A stretch of DNA of 64,000 nt from Azolla caroliniana (Eukaryota; Plantae; Polypodiophyta). The DNA lies in assembly GCA_043228905.1 (NCBI GenBank), contig JBHGNT010000013.1, forward strand, positions 4,154,001-4,218,000. The letters run 5' to 3'. Both the position numbers and the translations under genes were made by a program. Under the pieces are notes generated by a model. It ran no database searches and was not told the DNA's origin. It worked only from the letters and a program-made list of their open reading frames with translations. Position 1 is the first letter of the stretch. Every line of letters starts with the position of its first letter. Positions 61,896 to 64,000 of the stretch are shown piece after piece.

Positions 61896-64000
61896 CAAAG
61901 GTGATGAAGTACCGGGAGCCTCCTAGTGATCGCTCTGGCATGGGCCCACATATATCTGTGTGCACGAGCTCTAGGAGCTTTCGTACCATCTCGTAGTGGA
62001 GAGCGTGCAGACTTCGGGTCTGTTTCCCATATCAACAATGCTCACAAAAGTCCGTCTTTGCTTGGAGTTTAGGGTTGTAGCCAACCGCCATCAGCCAATC
62101 AAGTCTGGCTTGATGCATATGGCCAAGTCTGCCATGCCATAGGTTTGGGTCGGTCTTTTCAGCTATGTTCAGGGCCCCTTCTTGATTGATCGCCATCATT
62201 GGGTACAAGTTATTGTACTTCTGCCCGCCTCCTATATTTAGGTTTCCTCGGCTGATCATCCATACCGAGTCACTTACAGTCGTTTTGTACCTATCTTCGG
62301 CTAGCATTCCAATGGAGACCAAACTCCTTTTCAGATTAGGTATGTGCCGAACTCGGTGGAGGGTGATCATGTTGCCATTGGGCAATCAGATGGGAACCTC
62401 TCCGGTCCTTGTGATTCTGCACTCCTGCCTGTTTCCTAGTCAGACTTTGCCATTGGCATCAGTTGAATAGTTCGAAAACCATTCAATGTTGGGGGTCACG
62501 TGGAATGTGGCACCGGAATCCAGTAGCCACGTGTGTGCATCCTGTGCAGTGTAGAGAACTTCTCCGAACATCGAGTCCTCTAAAGAAAGGATTTCTCCTA
62601 ATCGAGTGTCAGCAACGTTGATTTGGTTTCCTACTGGAATGTGGTCTGAGTCGGGTTGTCCTCGATTTTGCTCGGATCGCCGACCTCTCTCTTTCCTCTT
62701 GATCGACCAACAGTCGGAAACATTGTGGCCAACTTTTCTGAGGTGTGTGCAGAATTCGCCATATCGGCCCGTTCTCGTCTTCGACCGTTATCGGTTTGGT
62801 CTCCCCTCGGTTTTGATCGGTTCTGTCGACTTGTTCTCTCGTTCGACTCTGTCGGTCGAACAACTCGGTCGAGTGATGGGCTTCTGTCGATTCATTGATG
62901 GAAAGTCCCATCGATTTTCGCCGAATGTCCTTGGTGAGGACTCAGCCGATCGTTTCATCCAGATTTACGATCGGTCGGCTATTGGCGTATGTCGTGCAGA
63001 ATACCTCCTAACTCATCGGCAAGCTCGATAGGAGGGCAAGGGTTTTCACTTCTTCTTCGAAGTTGATCCCTTGTGAGGAGAGTTCTGATGACACCCGGTT
63101 GAAGGTGTTGATGTCAGAGGTAGTCGGATCGGTTTCTCCATCTTCATGTTGAACAGTTGTTTGATCAAGATCAGTTTTGAAGATGACGACTATTTCTCGT
63201 ACACGGCTTGTAGTTTCCACCATAATGAGAACGTTGTTGTCTCTTTTGCCATGCTGAAGTAGACATTTTCGGCTAGGTGCATTCAAATGCAGGAGCGTGT
63301 GATTTCGTCCATTGATCTCCACTCATCGGCTGACATTGAAATAGGCTTTTTGGAGTCTCAAATGTCCTCGCCCTGTCTTCGAAAAATCAATATGTCCTAC
63401 ATCATCTCCTTCCATAGGGCAAAGTTTTTGCCGTCAAATTTTCGAATCTCAACTCCTGTACCAAATGTTGATGCCATGATTCTTTCGAAAGTGAGATTTG
63501 CTAACCTGGTCTTCTTCTTTTTAGATTTTTCTGTTGTTTGTTGCCGTTGAGCTAGGGATCGCTCTGATACCAATTGAAAGACGGATATGCATGGAAATGT
63601 ATGTGACAACCTGTCAGTTATGCTCAGCAAACAACACAAAGGGAAGGCAAGAAGATATAGACAAATGATAGATACACACAGATAAAATTTCATGAAAGCT
63701 CTATTTATTTCTGTTCTCTCTCTCTCTTAGAGACTCGATGCACAAGATGATTAAGTGATCTCTTCTTTACCACGTTAGGTTATTGCTTATATACTAAGCC
63801 CTAACTATATGGAAGAGTTCACACTAGGATACAAAGTGGAAGGAGTCGGCCTTTTATGCCAACAGTTCTCATGCAGGGAATCCATTTCCTCTTGCATGGC
63901 ACTGTACCACTTCGCCTTGTGTACATCAGTCATGGCTTCTTCATAGCATTTTGGTTCCCCTTCATCAGTCAAGAGAACATACCTTCCTTTGTCTTAGAGG

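Larger units (their letters stand above)
58755..63477 (-). pseudogene. K gag-PR-INT-RT-RH
   Basis: KFDGKNFALW, LWHGRLGH, QNGVVER, CKWVF, LEQLDVKT, DNRKSTSG, EAEYIA. Confidence 0.92.
58269..63864 (-). mobile_element. Element K: full-length decayed Ty1/Copia
   Basis: LTRs 58269-58566 and 63575-63864. TSD GTTCT. PBS iMet 63561-63572. PPT GGGGAGTT. Confidence 0.95.
56131..64000 (-). mobile_element. Element J: decayed Ty1/Copia (Tnt1/Tork-like), split by K; 5' part lies outside the window
   Basis: 3' LTR about 56131-56812, PPT GGGGGAGTT, RH/RT 56860-58268, resuming at 63865 (LLTDEGEP..EAM). Confidence 0.85.

Overview
This window is eukaryotic, most likely land-plant heterochromatin. Tcn1-like chromoviruses and tRNA-Trp-primed Gypsy elements suggest a non-seed plant such as a moss, but that is inference. 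I see no host gene: almost all of it is a nested stack of about 15 LTR-retrotransposon insertions, most resolvable to the base by TG...CA ends and target-site duplications (TSDs). The letters are my labels. A (Gypsy, -) contains B (Gypsy, +), which contains a solo LTR. E is an RT-less Copia in the 5' LTR of F. F is a ~1.5 kb Copia remnant that hosts D (containing C with a tandem LTR array), G (containing I and H) and L (containing M). J contains K, which contains a solo LTR. Four observations stand out. (1) B and D have no polypurine tract; a tRNA-Arg 3'-half mimic ending in CCA sits 2 nt before the 3' LTR, suggesting tRNA-related priming of both strands. (2) Six different LTR families carry an antisense tRNA-like Pol III A/B-box cassette in U3. 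(3) A and C share a -1 frameshift site with a pseudoknot between protease and RT. (4) C carries a 1033-bp tandem unit made from its own 5' insertion junction. tRNA assignments are from recalled plant tRNA sequences and were not searched.
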